Sequence record: MT446410.1
Reading direction: 5' to 3' (one strand)
DNA length: 64,000 bases
Source of the DNA: Escherichia virus TH38
The notes beneath the pieces were generated by a model, which saw nothing but the letters and a program-made list of their open reading frames with translations, was not told the DNA's origin and did not search any database. Shown piece after piece: positions 1-9,734 of this stretch; position 1 is the stretch's first letter, and each line of letters begins with the position of its first letter. The translations under genes were made by a program, and so were the position numbers.

Positions 1-915
1 ACCGACCTTCTCGGTGAAAGCGATGAGCTTAAGTTCGAAGATGAAGATGGTTGGGAAGATCATGAAGAGGAAGGCGAAGTCGAAGAAGATGAGGAAGAAT
101 TTGATGAATCAGACGAAAGCTCTGAAGCAGATGAGGACGACTCAAGCGATGCAGGATATGAAGATGATTCTGCTGACGGTGAAGGTGAAGTCTTTGATGT
201 AGACTACGAAACCGTTATCACCCTTCCTGATGGACGTGAGATGACTATTGAAGAACTTTCTAATGGCTATCTTACTGGTGCTGATATGACAGAACGAGAA
301 TCAACTCTTCAGCGTCATATGGAAGCATTCGAGGAACGTGTAGTAGGTTTGAAGGATGTATTAGAACTAGCGTCTTTAGAAGCAGACCGAGTAATTGAAG
401 ATTATAACGGTTTTGATTGGGACAAGCTTGCAGTAGAAGATCCTCAAGCGTATGTTGAAAACAAACGTTTCCTAGAGAAGTACACAGCTCGCCGTCAACA
501 GCTTGAACAGGCTCAGATGCGTGTTAAGCAGGAAGCAGCAGCTAAAGAGCAGGAAGCTTTCCAAGCCAAGAGCATTGAATGTGTTAATATTCTGAAACGT
601 GAGATTCCAAATTGGGATGAAAACTTATATCAAAACTTAATGCAATACGCAATTGACTTAGGTGCTACTGAAGAAGAAGTATTGAAGGAAAACCGTCCGT
701 CTATTTTCCTAGCTCTCCATAAAGCATACCAATTTGATAAAGGTAAGCAACAGGTGATGGCTAAGATTAAACGTCCCGGTGCTCCACGCAAGGTTGTGAA
801 GTCTGATGCTGCAAAGTCTCGCACTTCCAATAAGCCCGACAACGCTAAGGTTGCCAAGGCATTCGCAGAGGGTCGCGTTAGTCACGAAGATGCATTCAAA
901 TTCCTCGTAGATTAA
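1..915 (+). CDS. scaffolding protein, 5'-truncated at window edge
   Basis: Frame open from position 1 to stop at 913-915 (listed ORF 241-915 is its in-frame tail); very acidic Asp/Glu-rich N-part, helical A/Q/K-rich C-part; directly upstream of capsid gene. Confidence 0.55.
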   Translation, partial: TDLLGESDELKFEDEDGWEDHEEEGEVEEDEEEFDESDESSEADEDDSSDAGYEDDSADGEGEVFDVDYETVITLPDGREMTIEELSNGYLTGADMTERESTLQRHMEAFEERVVGLKDVLELASLEADRVIEDYNGFDWDKLAVEDPQAYVENKRFLEKYTARRQQLEQAQMRVKQEAAAKEQEAFQAKSIECVNILKREIPNWDENLYQNLMQYAIDLGATEEEVLKENRPSIFLALHKAYQFDKGKQQVMAKIKRPGAPRKVVKSDAAKSRTSNKPDNAKVAKAFAEGRVSHEDAFKFLVD

Positions 916-955
916 TCGACAAATTAATTATTAATAGTATAGGAGCTAACATAAC

Positions 956-2014
956 ATGGCTAATCCAACTTTATTTGTATCGTATGACCAGAATGGTAAA
1001 AAACTTTCTTTTGCTAACTGGATTTCTGTTCTGTCCCCTCAGGATACCCCGTTCGTATCTATGACCGGTAAAGAGTCTATCAACCAGACTATCTTTAGCT
1101 GGCAGACCGATGCACTGGCAAGCGTTGACGGTAATAACGCACACGTCGAAGGCTCTCGTGCTGAAGACGGCGAAATGAAACCGACTGTTATCAAATCTAA
1201 CGTTACTCAGATTCTGCGTAAGGTTGTTCGTGTTTCTGATACTGCTAACACCACCGCTAACTACGGGCGTGGTCGTGAACTGATGTATCAGCTGGAGAAG
1301 AAAGGTAAAGAGATCAAGCGTGACCTCGAGAAAATCCTTCTGTCCGGTCAGGCTCGTACCGATGTTCTGGCTGACCAGTATCTGACTAACTCGGCAACTG
1401 ATCCTGCTGTTGTTGGTCTGAATGACACCCATGCAGCTCGTAAGACTGGTGCATTCCAGTTCCTGTGTGCTCACGGTGGTCTGGCTGGTGGCGTTGTTGA
1501 CAAGACCAAGAATGGTCCTGCTGACCCGGATACTGGTGCAGTAACTGTTAAAGTTGCACAGAATGCTTCTAACCCGACCACTAACATTGGTTTCGACGAA
1601 GCTGATATCTTTGATATGACTCTGCAACTGTATACCGCTGGTTCTGAAGCAGATATCATCATGATTAACCCGGCTCATGCTAAGATCTTCGCTGGTCTGC
1701 AAGAAAATACTCAGGGTTCACGTAAGCGTATCTTTGAGAACACCAAGCAGTTCATCTACGAAGTTAACAGCATCACTGACCCGCTGGGCCAGAGCTACAA
1801 AATCATCGTTAACCGTTGGATGCCTACTGATGCAGTTTACTTCTTCCGTAGCGCTGACTGGACTCAGATGGTTCTGCGTGCTCCGAAACGTACTGAACTG
1901 GCTAAAGACGGTTCTTACGAGAAGTGGATGATTGAAATGGAAGTTGGTCTGCGTCACCGCAACCCGTATGCTTCCGGAGTTCTGTTCACTGCTGCGGGAA
2001 AGGTGGTGGCGTAA
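956..2014 (+). CDS. major capsid protein
   Basis: 352-aa ORF with RBS aggag upstream; position after scaffold; followed by in-phase Ig-like extension and strong terminator. Confidence 0.8.
   Translation: MANPTLFVSYDQNGKKLSFANWISVLSPQDTPFVSMTGKESINQTIFSWQTDALASVDGNNAHVEGSRAEDGEMKPTVIKSNVTQILRKVVRVSDTANTTANYGRGRELMYQLEKKGKEIKRDLEKILLSGQARTDVLADQYLTNSATDPAVVGLNDTHAARKTGAFQFLCAHGGLAGGVVDKTKNGPADPDTGAVTVKVAQNASNPTTNIGFDEADIFDMTLQLYTAGSEADIIMINPAHAKIFAGLQENTQGSRKRIFENTKQFIYEVNSITDPLGQSYKIIVNRWMPTDAVYFFRSADWTQMVLRAPKRTELAKDGSYEKWMIEMEVGLRHRNPYASGVLFTAAGKVVA
1996..2002 (+). promoter_or_regulatory. candidate -1 programmed ribosomal frameshift slippery heptamer G_GGA_AAG
   Basis: X_XXY_YYZ heptamer in capsid zero frame 12 nt before capsid stop; -1 frame is open from 1936 to 2538. 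Confidence 0.55.
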
Positions 2015-2538
2015 CAGTAGACAGTGTGACTGTTAGCCCTGCGTCTTTAGCAAGCCTAGAGACAGGGGCTACTCGGCAGTTCACTGCAAGCGCGGAGAAA
2101 AGTGATGGTTCTACCGAAACAACTGGCTTTACTTGGTCAGTGACAGGAGGTGGTTCTATCACTCAGTCGGGTTTGTATACTGCTCCGAGTGCGTCTCAAT
2201 CCACTGATGTATCCATTACTGCAACTTTAGAAGGTGTTTCTGGTACAGCAACAATTTCAGAAATTGTTGCTCCTGCTCCTACTATTGTAGCTAAGGGTCC
2301 TATTACGGGTAAAACTGGTGGTTCCTCCACTAATTTCACTACCATGTTTACTGTAACTAACTCTGCTGCTGCGGATTACACGTTTGTTGTAACTCCTAAA
2401 GAAGCCGGTACAGTAAGCGCCGCTGGTGCGTTAACCTTAGATGCTGCTGCAAGTGGCGAAGTTACTGTTCAAGCAAGTTTGACAGCTGACCCGTCCATCA
2501 ATGCAACATGCACTTTTACTGGTGTAACACCTGCTTAA
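2002..2538 (+). CDS. capsid C-terminal Ig-like (BIG2-type) extension, expressed as capsid fusion after -1 frameshift
   Basis: -1 frame open through 2538; translation is Thr/Ser/Ala/Val-rich with Ig-like beta-strand pattern; listed ORF 2026-2538 begins at GTG with no RBS at proper spacing. Confidence 0.55.
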   Translation, partial: GGGVTVDSVTVSPASLASLETGATRQFTASAEKSDGSTETTGFTWSVTGGGSITQSGLYTAPSASQSTDVSITATLEGVSGTATISEIVAPAPTIVAKGPITGKTGGSSTNFTTMFTVTNSAAADYTFVVTPKEAGTVSAAGALTLDAAASGEVTVQASLTADPSINATCTFTGVTPA

Positions 2539-2545
2539 AACTAGA

Positions 2546-2569
2546 CCCTGCCTTCGGGCGGGGTTTTTT
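2546..2569 (+). terminator. rho-independent terminator after capsid module
   Basis: Stem CCCTGCC/GGCGGGG with TTCG loop followed by TTTTTT. Confidence 0.75.
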
Positions 2570-2597
2570 CGTTTTAAGACCTATACAAGCCAGTGTG

Positions 2598-2606
2598 TAA
2601 TGTATA
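2598..2606 (+). promoter_or_regulatory. TAATGTATA motif, candidate phage-specific promoter element
   Basis: Exact 9-mer recurs upstream of several operons on both strands; 33 nt before ATG at 2640. Confidence 0.4.
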
Positions 2607-2639
2607 TTCTTTGTCTACATATAACAAGGAGGACAACCT

Positions 2640-3152
2640 ATGGCAATGCCAGATTTCAGAGGAGCTTTTACATATAACCCAAATACAGGGCATCTTTTCT
2701 GGTCTATGAGTAATATATTCAATAAACAGAAAGGGCAACGTGCTGGATGTATTAATAATAAGGGATATCGTGTACTAACCTTCAAGAAGAAATCATACCT
2801 AGAGCACAGGGTCATAGCTGAACTCTTTCTTCCTAAAGTAGAAGGGAAGGACTATGTCAACCATAAGAATGGAATAAAAGATGACAACAGGATTGAGAAT
2901 CTAGAGTGGTGTACTCAACAAGAAAACTGTGTACATGCTTATGAAACAAAACTCTCAACACCAAGGAATCTTGAGGATAACCCTAATTCCAAGCTTACTA
3001 AAGAACAAGTTCTTTTCTGTTTAGAGAACTATAAACCGAGGGACAGACAGTTCGGAGCTAGAGCTTTAGCTAGGAAGTTTGGAGTCTCTTCAAGTACAAT
3101 AAGCCTGATAATCAATGGCACAAACTGGAAGGAGGTATCCTATGTTGCCTGA
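2640..3152 (+). CDS. HNH homing endonuclease (HNH_3-type)
   Basis: Motifs GYRVL, YLEHRVIAE, VNHKNGIKDDNRIENLEW; RBS aaggagg; inserted between capsid and tail genes. Confidence 0.8.
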   Translation: MAMPDFRGAFTYNPNTGHLFWSMSNIFNKQKGQRAGCINNKGYRVLTFKKKSYLEHRVIAELFLPKVEGKDYVNHKNGIKDDNRIENLEWCTQQENCVHAYETKLSTPRNLEDNPNSKLTKEQVLFCLENYKPRDRQFGARALARKFGVSSSTISLIINGTNWKEVSYVA

Positions 3153-3891
3153 CGTTCAATACCCCATCAATACCTATGGGTGGCTAAAGAAGGCCGTGGC
3201 CCTCTGGGCAGATAGGGACGATGACGAATTTGTTAATCAAATTCCAAACTTTATTAACTTTGCAGAGAAAGAGATTTATCGTAACTTACGTATTCCTCCT
3301 CTGGAAAAAGAAGTGTATTTAGATATTAAAGATGGAGTAGCTTACATTCCTCCTGATTACTTAGAAGCTCAATGGATGATGAGAGCCAAAGATGGCACAA
3401 TCTTCCAAGTAACCTCTCCTGAAGAGATTAGCTATCGTAGACAGCATGGAACAATTAACCCATCTCACTGGAATAACCAACCTGTCAACTTTGCTCGTTT
3501 CGGTAGTCGTTTCATTTTCTACCCTAGCATCGAAGCAGATACTCCGTACTACCCTGATGATGGAAGCCCTTTGATTCCAGCAGAAAACTCAGTGATTCTT
3601 AGCTATTATGCAGACCCACCGGAATTCCATGAAGATACAGATACTAGTACTATTCTTACTATAGCACCAGAACTTCTTCTGTACTTCACCCTACGTCATG
3701 CTTGTCTCTTTGTTCAAGATGATAATGGTGTTCAGAAATGGTCAGCATTAGGAAAAGCTATCCTTGATGAAATGGTAGAACAGAATAAGAAACAAGAGTA
3801 CTCAGGTTCACCTATCGCAATTCCGAATAACATGACTCGACTTCAGAGCAGCTTGCCTGATATTTATGGTATTCGTACTTCTCGTGTATAA
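3142..3891 (+). CDS. virion structural protein (possible adaptor/tail tubular protein)
   Basis: Start moved to ATG 3142 with RBS ggaggt; position in structural operon; no recognisable catalytic motif. Confidence 0.45.
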   Translation: MLPDVQYPINTYGWLKKAVALWADRDDDEFVNQIPNFINFAEKEIYRNLRIPPLEKEVYLDIKDGVAYIPPDYLEAQWMMRAKDGTIFQVTSPEEISYRRQHGTINPSHWNNQPVNFARFGSRFIFYPSIEADTPYYPDDGSPLIPAENSVILSYYADPPEFHEDTDTSTILTIAPELLLYFTLRHACLFVQDDNGVQKWSALGKAILDEMVEQNKKQEYSGSPIAIPNNMTRLQSSLPDIYGIRTSRV

Positions 3892-3900
3892 GGAGATAAT

Positions 3901-6681
3901 ATGATCGTTTATAATAACCAAGCACCTGATGCAGTGAATAACGTTGGGCAGTTTGGTGCTACTGAAGGCTCTATTGGAGCTTATAAGCAAGCCGCAGAAT
4001 ATGCAGCTGACTCCAAATATTGGGCACTGTTAGCAGAGTCTAAGTTTGGTACAATTGATGACCTGATCGCTGAAGTAGAACGTTTGTATCAGCAAGGTGT
4101 TCTGATGAAGCAGGATATCGAAGATCTTAAGCAGGACTTTAAAGATCAAGATGCTCGTCTGATGAGTTTGATTGCTCAAACTAACGCAGCGGTATCAGAT
4201 GCGAATAATGCTGTAGCTCTAATTAATCAGAAACTTATTGAAGTCCAGAACCAGCTTGACGTTCTGTTAGGAATGTCCGTTGATGTAACCACACTTCCTC
4301 CGGGAACTCCGGCTACTGGCTCTTTTAATCCGAACACTGGTGTAATCTCTCTAGGTATCCCAGAAGGTGATCCCGGAAAGGATGGTTCTGTTAAGGATTT
4401 GGATACAGCACCTACCGGTGTTCCAGAGTTAGGTGACTTGGGTTTCTATGTTGACAAAGATGATAATACTGTCCACAAGACTACTCTAGAGAACATTGCC
4501 AACTTAATCCCGTCTATTCGTTCTGTTTCTATTAACGGTGGTCCAGCTCTTGATGGAGAGGTTGCCTTAACAATCAACAAAGAGACGGTAGGTTTAGGGA
4601 ATGTTCTGAACGTTGCTCAGTATAGCCGTCAAGAGATTAACGACAAGTTTGACAAAACTACCAAGACATACCAATCAAAAGCAGAAGCTGATGCTGACGC
4701 TCAGTATCGTCAAGTTGGTGAGAAAGTCTTAGTCTGGGAAGCTACTAAGTATGAGTTCTACACTGTTGCTGCTAACAAAACATTAACTCCTGTTAAAACT
4801 GAAGGTAGGATCCTTACTGTTAACTCCCGTTCTCCAGATTCCAGTGGTAACATTGACGTTACTATTCCAACAGGAAACCCTTCTCTGTATCTTGGTGAGA
4901 TGGTGATGTTCCCTTATGACCCAACGAAGAATATCTCCTATCCGGGTGTTCTTCCAGCTGACGGTCGTCTAGTATCTAAAGAATCTGCTTCAGACTTAGG
5001 TCCATCTCTTGTCAGTGGACAACTTCCTGTTGTTTCTGAAACTGAATGGCAATCTGGTGCTCGTCAATATTTCTCTTGGGGTAAGCTGGCTGATGGTATA
5101 ACTGATGCAGATTCTACTAACTTTATAAGTATCCGACTTCCTGACTGGACTGGTGGTGAGGCTATCAGGTCTCCTGATTCAGATAAAGATGCTAATTACA
5201 AAGGTCGTGTTCAATCTCAGATTCCTTACATTGTAACCGTAAACGGAAAAGCCCCTGATGACGCTAATGGTAATGTAGTCCTCACAGCTGCTAATGTTGG
5301 GGCAGCATCTTCAGGCGCTAACTCTGATATCACATCCCTTAGTGGATTGACTACCCCTCTTTCTGTTGCTCAGGGTGGTACAGGTGTTACCGATATTGGC
5401 TCGCTTCGTAGGTCGGCGTTGGTCCAGGGGGTTTTATGTAATGATCAGGCTGATCCTCAATCTTATAACAGTTATAGATCTCCTAACGGGGAGTATGCTT
5501 TCAAAGTGGATAACTCGGGACTTGTTGCTTCTATTAATGCAGGGACGGAAGAAGTTGTACCTTTTGCTATAGAATCAGGTGGTACGGGAGCAACCACATT
5601 AAACGATGCTCGAATTAGCTTAAATTTGGAGAGATTTTTACAGCCTAGCAATGAAACCATAGTTATGGCTCCTAGTAAATCTTCATATTTAACAATTTCA
5701 GACACCTCTTGGGGGGCTTATAGTTCTGCTGACTCAGCATGGAGAGCTTTAGGGGTAGGACAAGGTGGTACAGGAGCGACCTCTGAGGCTGCTGCTCGTG
5801 TCAATCTGAAGGTGGATAAGCTTGTTCAAAGTTCAACAGACACAAAACTGCTGGATGGTTCTGGAGAACATACCTTCTTTATTACAGATGCAGATTGGGG
5901 GTATTTCAATAACTCTGATTCTTCTAGAATAGCCTTGCCAGTAATAAGTGGTGGTACTGGAGGGAAAACACCAGCTGAAGGTTCTGAAAAATTAGGAGCC
6001 ATGCATTGTCAGTATGGTCAATCAACTTTTTATGGCAGTGAAGATTTACCAACAGGTATTGGGTTCTATAGTCAAGACGTTTCCCCTTTCCCCGGAGGTA
6101 ATGGAGCGCCTTATTCTTATGCAGAGATTATGACTATATCAGAAGGAGGTCGCGGTGGTAACTGGTCTCAGATTGGTTTCTCTACTATTACCAACCAAGC
6201 TCCTCGGTATCGTCAAAGAACCAATGACCCAGCTTTGATTACTAACTGGAGAGATTTCTTAGTACGGGACTTGAACACCACTGTAGATGTTAATGGTTTT
6301 GTTAAAATTGCATCCCCTATAGTCAAACTAAAATCTGACGGGTCTTCTGAAGCTAATGACCAAGCCCAAGGAGTGACAACCGAAAGATTAGATGTTGGTG
6401 TCTATAAAATCTCAGGAGTCTTAGGGTTTAACTCAGATGCCTCTTGGGGTGGTAATGACGGTGGTTTTTCTATTCCTCAGAACTCTAACGGATTACCTCT
6501 TCTTTGGGTTGATTATGAAGTTGATGAAGAAGGTGATATTACTCTGAAAACTTACCATCGAACTCACGAGGGAGTTCCTTCTTTTGCAAGTAATGTAATA
6601 GAAGGTGTGGTGGATGGTGAACCAATTGATATCCCTTCTGGAAGATGGATTGACCTTCGTGTTGAGATGCCTTCTAAATGA
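3901..6681 (+). CDS. tail fibre protein
   Basis: 926 aa; N-terminal coiled coil; repeated GGTG(A/V)T fibre-repeat motifs (QGGTGVTD, SGGTGATT, GQGGTGATS, SGGTGGKT). Confidence 0.7.
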   Translation: MIVYNNQAPDAVNNVGQFGATEGSIGAYKQAAEYAADSKYWALLAESKFGTIDDLIAEVERLYQQGVLMKQDIEDLKQDFKDQDARLMSLIAQTNAAVSDANNAVALINQKLIEVQNQLDVLLGMSVDVTTLPPGTPATGSFNPNTGVISLGIPEGDPGKDGSVKDLDTAPTGVPELGDLGFYVDKDDNTVHKTTLENIANLIPSIRSVSINGGPALDGEVALTINKETVGLGNVLNVAQYSRQEINDKFDKTTKTYQSKAEADADAQYRQVGEKVLVWEATKYEFYTVAANKTLTPVKTEGRILTVNSRSPDSSGNIDVTIPTGNPSLYLGEMVMFPYDPTKNISYPGVLPADGRLVSKESASDLGPSLVSGQLPVVSETEWQSGARQYFSWGKLADGITDADSTNFISIRLPDWTGGEAIRSPDSDKDANYKGRVQSQIPYIVTVNGKAPDDANGNVVLTAANVGAASSGANSDITSLSGLTTPLSVAQGGTGVTDIGSLRRSALVQGVLCNDQADPQSYNSYRSPNGEYAFKVDNSGLVASINAGTEEVVPFAIESGGTGATTLNDARISLNLERFLQPSNETIVMAPSKSSYLTISDTSWGAYSSADSAWRALGVGQGGTGATSEAAARVNLKVDKLVQSSTDTKLLDGSGEHTFFITDADWGYFNNSDSSRIALPVISGGTGGKTPAEGSEKLGAMHCQYGQSTFYGSEDLPTGIGFYSQDVSPFPGGNGAPYSYAEIMTISEGGRGGNWSQIGFSTITNQAPRYRQRTNDPALITNWRDFLVRDLNTTVDVNGFVKIASPIVKLKSDGSSEANDQAQGVTTERLDVGVYKISGVLGFNSDASWGGNDGGFSIPQNSNGLPLLWVDYEVDEEGDITLKTYHRTHEGVPSFASNVIEGVVDGEPIDIPSGRWIDLRVEMPSK

Positions 6682-6690
6682 AACAATAAT

Positions 6691-6706
6691 GCTCCCTTCG
6701 GGGAGC
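6691..6706 (+). terminator. intergenic hairpin (weak terminator/attenuator)
   Basis: GCTCCC-TTCG-GGGAGC hairpin, only short T tract. Confidence 0.35.
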
Positions 6707-6721
6707 TTTAAGGAGAAATAA

Positions 6722-8890
6722 ATGTCTAGAGAATTAATGCCCAAATCTGGCATAATGATGCCCCACGTAGTTGTGACCAGAGATGCGGCAGTTGTTGGTG
6801 TTTCTACAGTAGATGGTCAGGCAGGGGCTGTGAATCTGACTGATAAGTACTTACAGAAAACCGATGCAGCTGCTACATACCAAACTAAAACAGAAGGTGC
6901 ATCTAAGGACTACGTGTTAGATTCAATTCAACCTCTTATGTCTGGTGCTTTATTCAGAGCAGACCCTTGGGTTGTGAATGATACACCTTTCCGATCTACT
7001 GGTGCTAATGGTGTAGAGTCTGTGGATATGATGAAGGTTACTCCCGATAACTCAATCAAGATTGGTAGCTATGCCTCTTCAGTTCAAGGTGTAGAGATTC
7101 ATTCTGCTGGTCGTCTTCAAGTAGTAGACCAGAACGACTCTGGAGTAGAAACTAAATATCCGGTCTATTCTAAACGGTATCGTCCAGAGATTGAGGATTT
7201 GCCTTTTGCTGCAATTGGTTCTTATGTCAAAGATTCCAAAGGTCGGACTATTGGTGTTACTCGTACAGGGATTAACTCTGATATCAAACAACTTACCCAG
7301 AAGGTAACCTTCACTCAACCCGTTACTGTTCCTGATGCAGTTGGAGATTATGATGCGGTTACACTGAGACAGCTCCGAAATAGTGGTGGTGGTTCTGGTG
7401 GTCCTACCATGAGTGGTATTTCTAACTTTGGTATTGGTGATTTCCACTTACGTGATAGTCGAGCTTTCATCCCAGCTTTTGAGGTTGTGTCGGATGGGCA
7501 GCTTTTGAATCGTGCTGACTACCCAGATTTATGGGCTTATGCACAACTGCTATCCCCAATTGAAGACTCTCTTTGGTTGTCTAATATCTATCAGAGGGGT
7601 AGGTATTCTACCGGAAACGGTACAACAACTTTCCGTGTTCCTGACCGAAATGGCATCCAAGAGGGGTCACTGAGAGCTTTATATGGCCGTGGTGATGGTG
7701 GTAATTCTGCTGCAAACGGTCAAGTGTTTGATTCTGCTGCACCGAACATCACATATGCGTCCCCTCACACAATGGTAACACTAGCCTCCGCTCCTGGGCA
7801 GGTGGCGACTGACGGGGCAATTCAATCAATCACCTCTACAGACGATGTGGCTCCAGTGGGGACTGGAGGTAAATACATATCCACAAACTTTGACGCATCG
7901 CGTTCCAGTCCTATTTATGGTCGCTCCACTGAGGAGATTCTGACCCGTAACTTTGTAGGTGTTTGGACTATTCGTGCGCATGGTGGTTTTACTGCTGCTA
8001 ACACCTCTTGGTCAGTTATTAACAGTGATGCAAACCGTCCTGCTGGTGGAACTAGGGTAACTAGCGGTTCAGTTGTTTCTGAATATAAAATAGGTTCAGA
8101 AGTAGAAGCCTCTACTACGCTCCAAACTGATGCTTATATCGACGGAGCTTATTATGGGATTATCAATGTTTATAATAAAACCAAAGGAGTTACCAAGCAA
8201 TTAGCTTTTGACGATTCTGGAACCCTGAACTCTGATAGATATGTTGCTCGGTCTAGAACATTGATGTCTTGGAGTGAAACAGGAAGTCGCAGAGGGACGT
8301 TTTCTATAGACAACCAAGGGGTTGGTGCTAACTACTCTTTTAACTCTATACTGAGTGCTTCCCAAGCATCCCGAGGTGGATACAAAACTACTACCCATGT
8401 AGGGATGATTCACAATGATGCTGGATCTTTTGCTGATTCCTGTTGGCATGTTTTGGGAGATGAAGACAACAAATATGGTTGTCGTTTAACTCTCCGACCA
8501 AACAGGAACGAGATTTACTACTACACTTGGCAGCCAAGTTCAACCGGAACTTATACTCTTGCTATGAATCCTGTGTCAGATGAAAGGTTGAAACACAACA
8601 TTCAAGATCTCTCGCCTGATGAAGCAATTCGTGCGATTAAAGGTTTGGACTTCAAATCATTCGTGTACAACAATGACGAACAAGGAAGAACTCGTCGTGG
8701 TATTATCGCACAGCAAGCAGAAAAGGTAGAACCTCTTTATGTTAAGACTCGTAAGTTCCATGACAACGACGGTGTAGAACAAGAACAGAAAGAGCTAGAC
8801 TCAGCTCCAATGCTCCTCGACACCATGCAAGTTGTTCAAGACCTGTTGAAACGTATTGAAGTTCTAGAAGCTAAGTTAGCAGAGAAGTAA
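6722..8890 (+). CDS. tail fibre/spike with C-terminal intramolecular chaperone (peptidase S74-like)
   Basis: C-terminal SDERLKHNIQDL...GLDFKSFVYNNDEQGRTRRGIIAQQ matches autoproteolytic chaperone domain of endosialidase-type fibres. Confidence 0.75.
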   Translation: MSRELMPKSGIMMPHVVVTRDAAVVGVSTVDGQAGAVNLTDKYLQKTDAAATYQTKTEGASKDYVLDSIQPLMSGALFRADPWVVNDTPFRSTGANGVESVDMMKVTPDNSIKIGSYASSVQGVEIHSAGRLQVVDQNDSGVETKYPVYSKRYRPEIEDLPFAAIGSYVKDSKGRTIGVTRTGINSDIKQLTQKVTFTQPVTVPDAVGDYDAVTLRQLRNSGGGSGGPTMSGISNFGIGDFHLRDSRAFIPAFEVVSDGQLLNRADYPDLWAYAQLLSPIEDSLWLSNIYQRGRYSTGNGTTTFRVPDRNGIQEGSLRALYGRGDGGNSAANGQVFDSAAPNITYASPHTMVTLASAPGQVATDGAIQSITSTDDVAPVGTGGKYISTNFDASRSSPIYGRSTEEILTRNFVGVWTIRAHGGFTAANTSWSVINSDANRPAGGTRVTSGSVVSEYKIGSEVEASTTLQTDAYIDGAYYGIINVYNKTKGVTKQLAFDDSGTLNSDRYVARSRTLMSWSETGSRRGTFSIDNQGVGANYSFNSILSASQASRGGYKTTTHVGMIHNDAGSFADSCWHVLGDEDNKYGCRLTLRPNRNEIYYYTWQPSSTGTYTLAMNPVSDERLKHNIQDLSPDEAIRAIKGLDFKSFVYNNDEQGRTRRGIIAQQAEKVEPLYVKTRKFHDNDGVEQEQKELDSAPMLLDTMQVVQDLLKRIEVLEAKLAEK

Positions 8891-8894
8891 GATA

Positions 8895-8910
8895 AGCCCC
8901 TTCGGGGGCT
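8895..8910 (+). terminator. intergenic hairpin (weak terminator)
   Basis: AGCCCC-TTCG-GGGGCT hairpin then short T tract. Confidence 0.35.
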
Positions 8911-8982
8911 TTAGTAGTAAGTACCCTTAGTAAGTAATGAAACTAATATATCCCAAGAGGTTAATTTATAGGAGACACTCAA

Positions 8983-9201
8983 ATGAAAATGATGAAACAA
9001 GCTGTATATGGTTTAGTTTGTTTAGGTGCAGGAGTCGTGGTATCTACTGCAATCCCTGTAAGCGCAGTTCATCCATTAGTTACAGCACCTGCTCCAGTAG
9101 AGAAACTTAGTTCTCAATGTAAGCAGCGAACCATTCAAAATAATCTAGTTGTTATTTGTCCTGATGCTGAATCTAACGCTCTGAGAAAGATACTACCTTA
9201 A
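8983..9201 (+). CDS. small exported/membrane protein (signal-peptide-like N-terminus)
   Basis: 72 aa; hydrophobic N-terminus AVYGLVCLGAGVVVSTAIPVSA; RBS ataggag; immediately upstream of lysozyme. Confidence 0.4.
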   Translation: MKMMKQAVYGLVCLGAGVVVSTAIPVSAVHPLVTAPAPVEKLSSQCKQRTIQNNLVVICPDAESNALRKILP

Positions 9202-9230
9202 TTTAAAGGGACCACAAAAGGAGGTTAGAA

Positions 9231-9722
9231 ATGGATAACGCCGCATTGCCACCTGTACAACTAAACTTAAGCCCAGCTGGAATGGAATTCATCATGAAGC
9301 ATGAGGGTATGAGAACCAAGGCTTATAAAGATTCCGCAGGTATCTGGACTATATGTGTAGGGGCTACGCGCGATATGAATGGTTATCCGGTTAGACAAGG
9401 ATTAACGTATTCTATAGAGGATTGTCTAGCTCTGCTAGATAGAGACACACAAGACTCTGTTCGTGCTACTCAGAAGAACATAAAGGTTCCTTTACTAGTT
9501 CATGAGTTTGATGCACTCACTTCTTTCAACTTCAACGTTGGCAGTGGTGCTTTGAGCACATCTAAGTTAAGGAAAGTAATCAATGGAGATGTTAAGGGGG
9601 ATGTTTATTCCGAATTTCTTCGTTGGGATAAAATAACGGTCAAGGGAGAGAAGCAGAGAAGTCAGGGTCTTCATAATAGAAGAGTTGCAGAAGCTAATCT
9701 TTACACCGAAGGTAAATATTAA
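9231..9722 (+). CDS. lysozyme (GH24, T4/lambda-R-like muramidase)
   Basis: EGMRTKAYKDSAGIWTICVGAT catalytic region typical of phage GH24 lysozymes; RBS aaaggagg. Confidence 0.8.
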   Translation: MDNAALPPVQLNLSPAGMEFIMKHEGMRTKAYKDSAGIWTICVGATRDMNGYPVRQGLTYSIEDCLALLDRDTQDSVRATQKNIKVPLLVHEFDALTSFNFNVGSGALSTSKLRKVINGDVKGDVYSEFLRWDKITVKGEKQRSQGLHNRRVAEANLYTEGKY

Positions 9723-9734
9723 TGGAGGTGCCTT

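Noticed and set aside
630-857. 75-aa - strand ORF inside scaffold gene
   Set aside because: Antisense to a well-supported + strand gene, no RBS, odd composition; likely chance ORF
971-1957. Several - strand and alternate-frame ORFs (971-1702, 1471-1662, 1677-1931, 1718-1957) inside capsid gene
   Set aside because: All embedded in or antisense to the major capsid CDS with no translation signals
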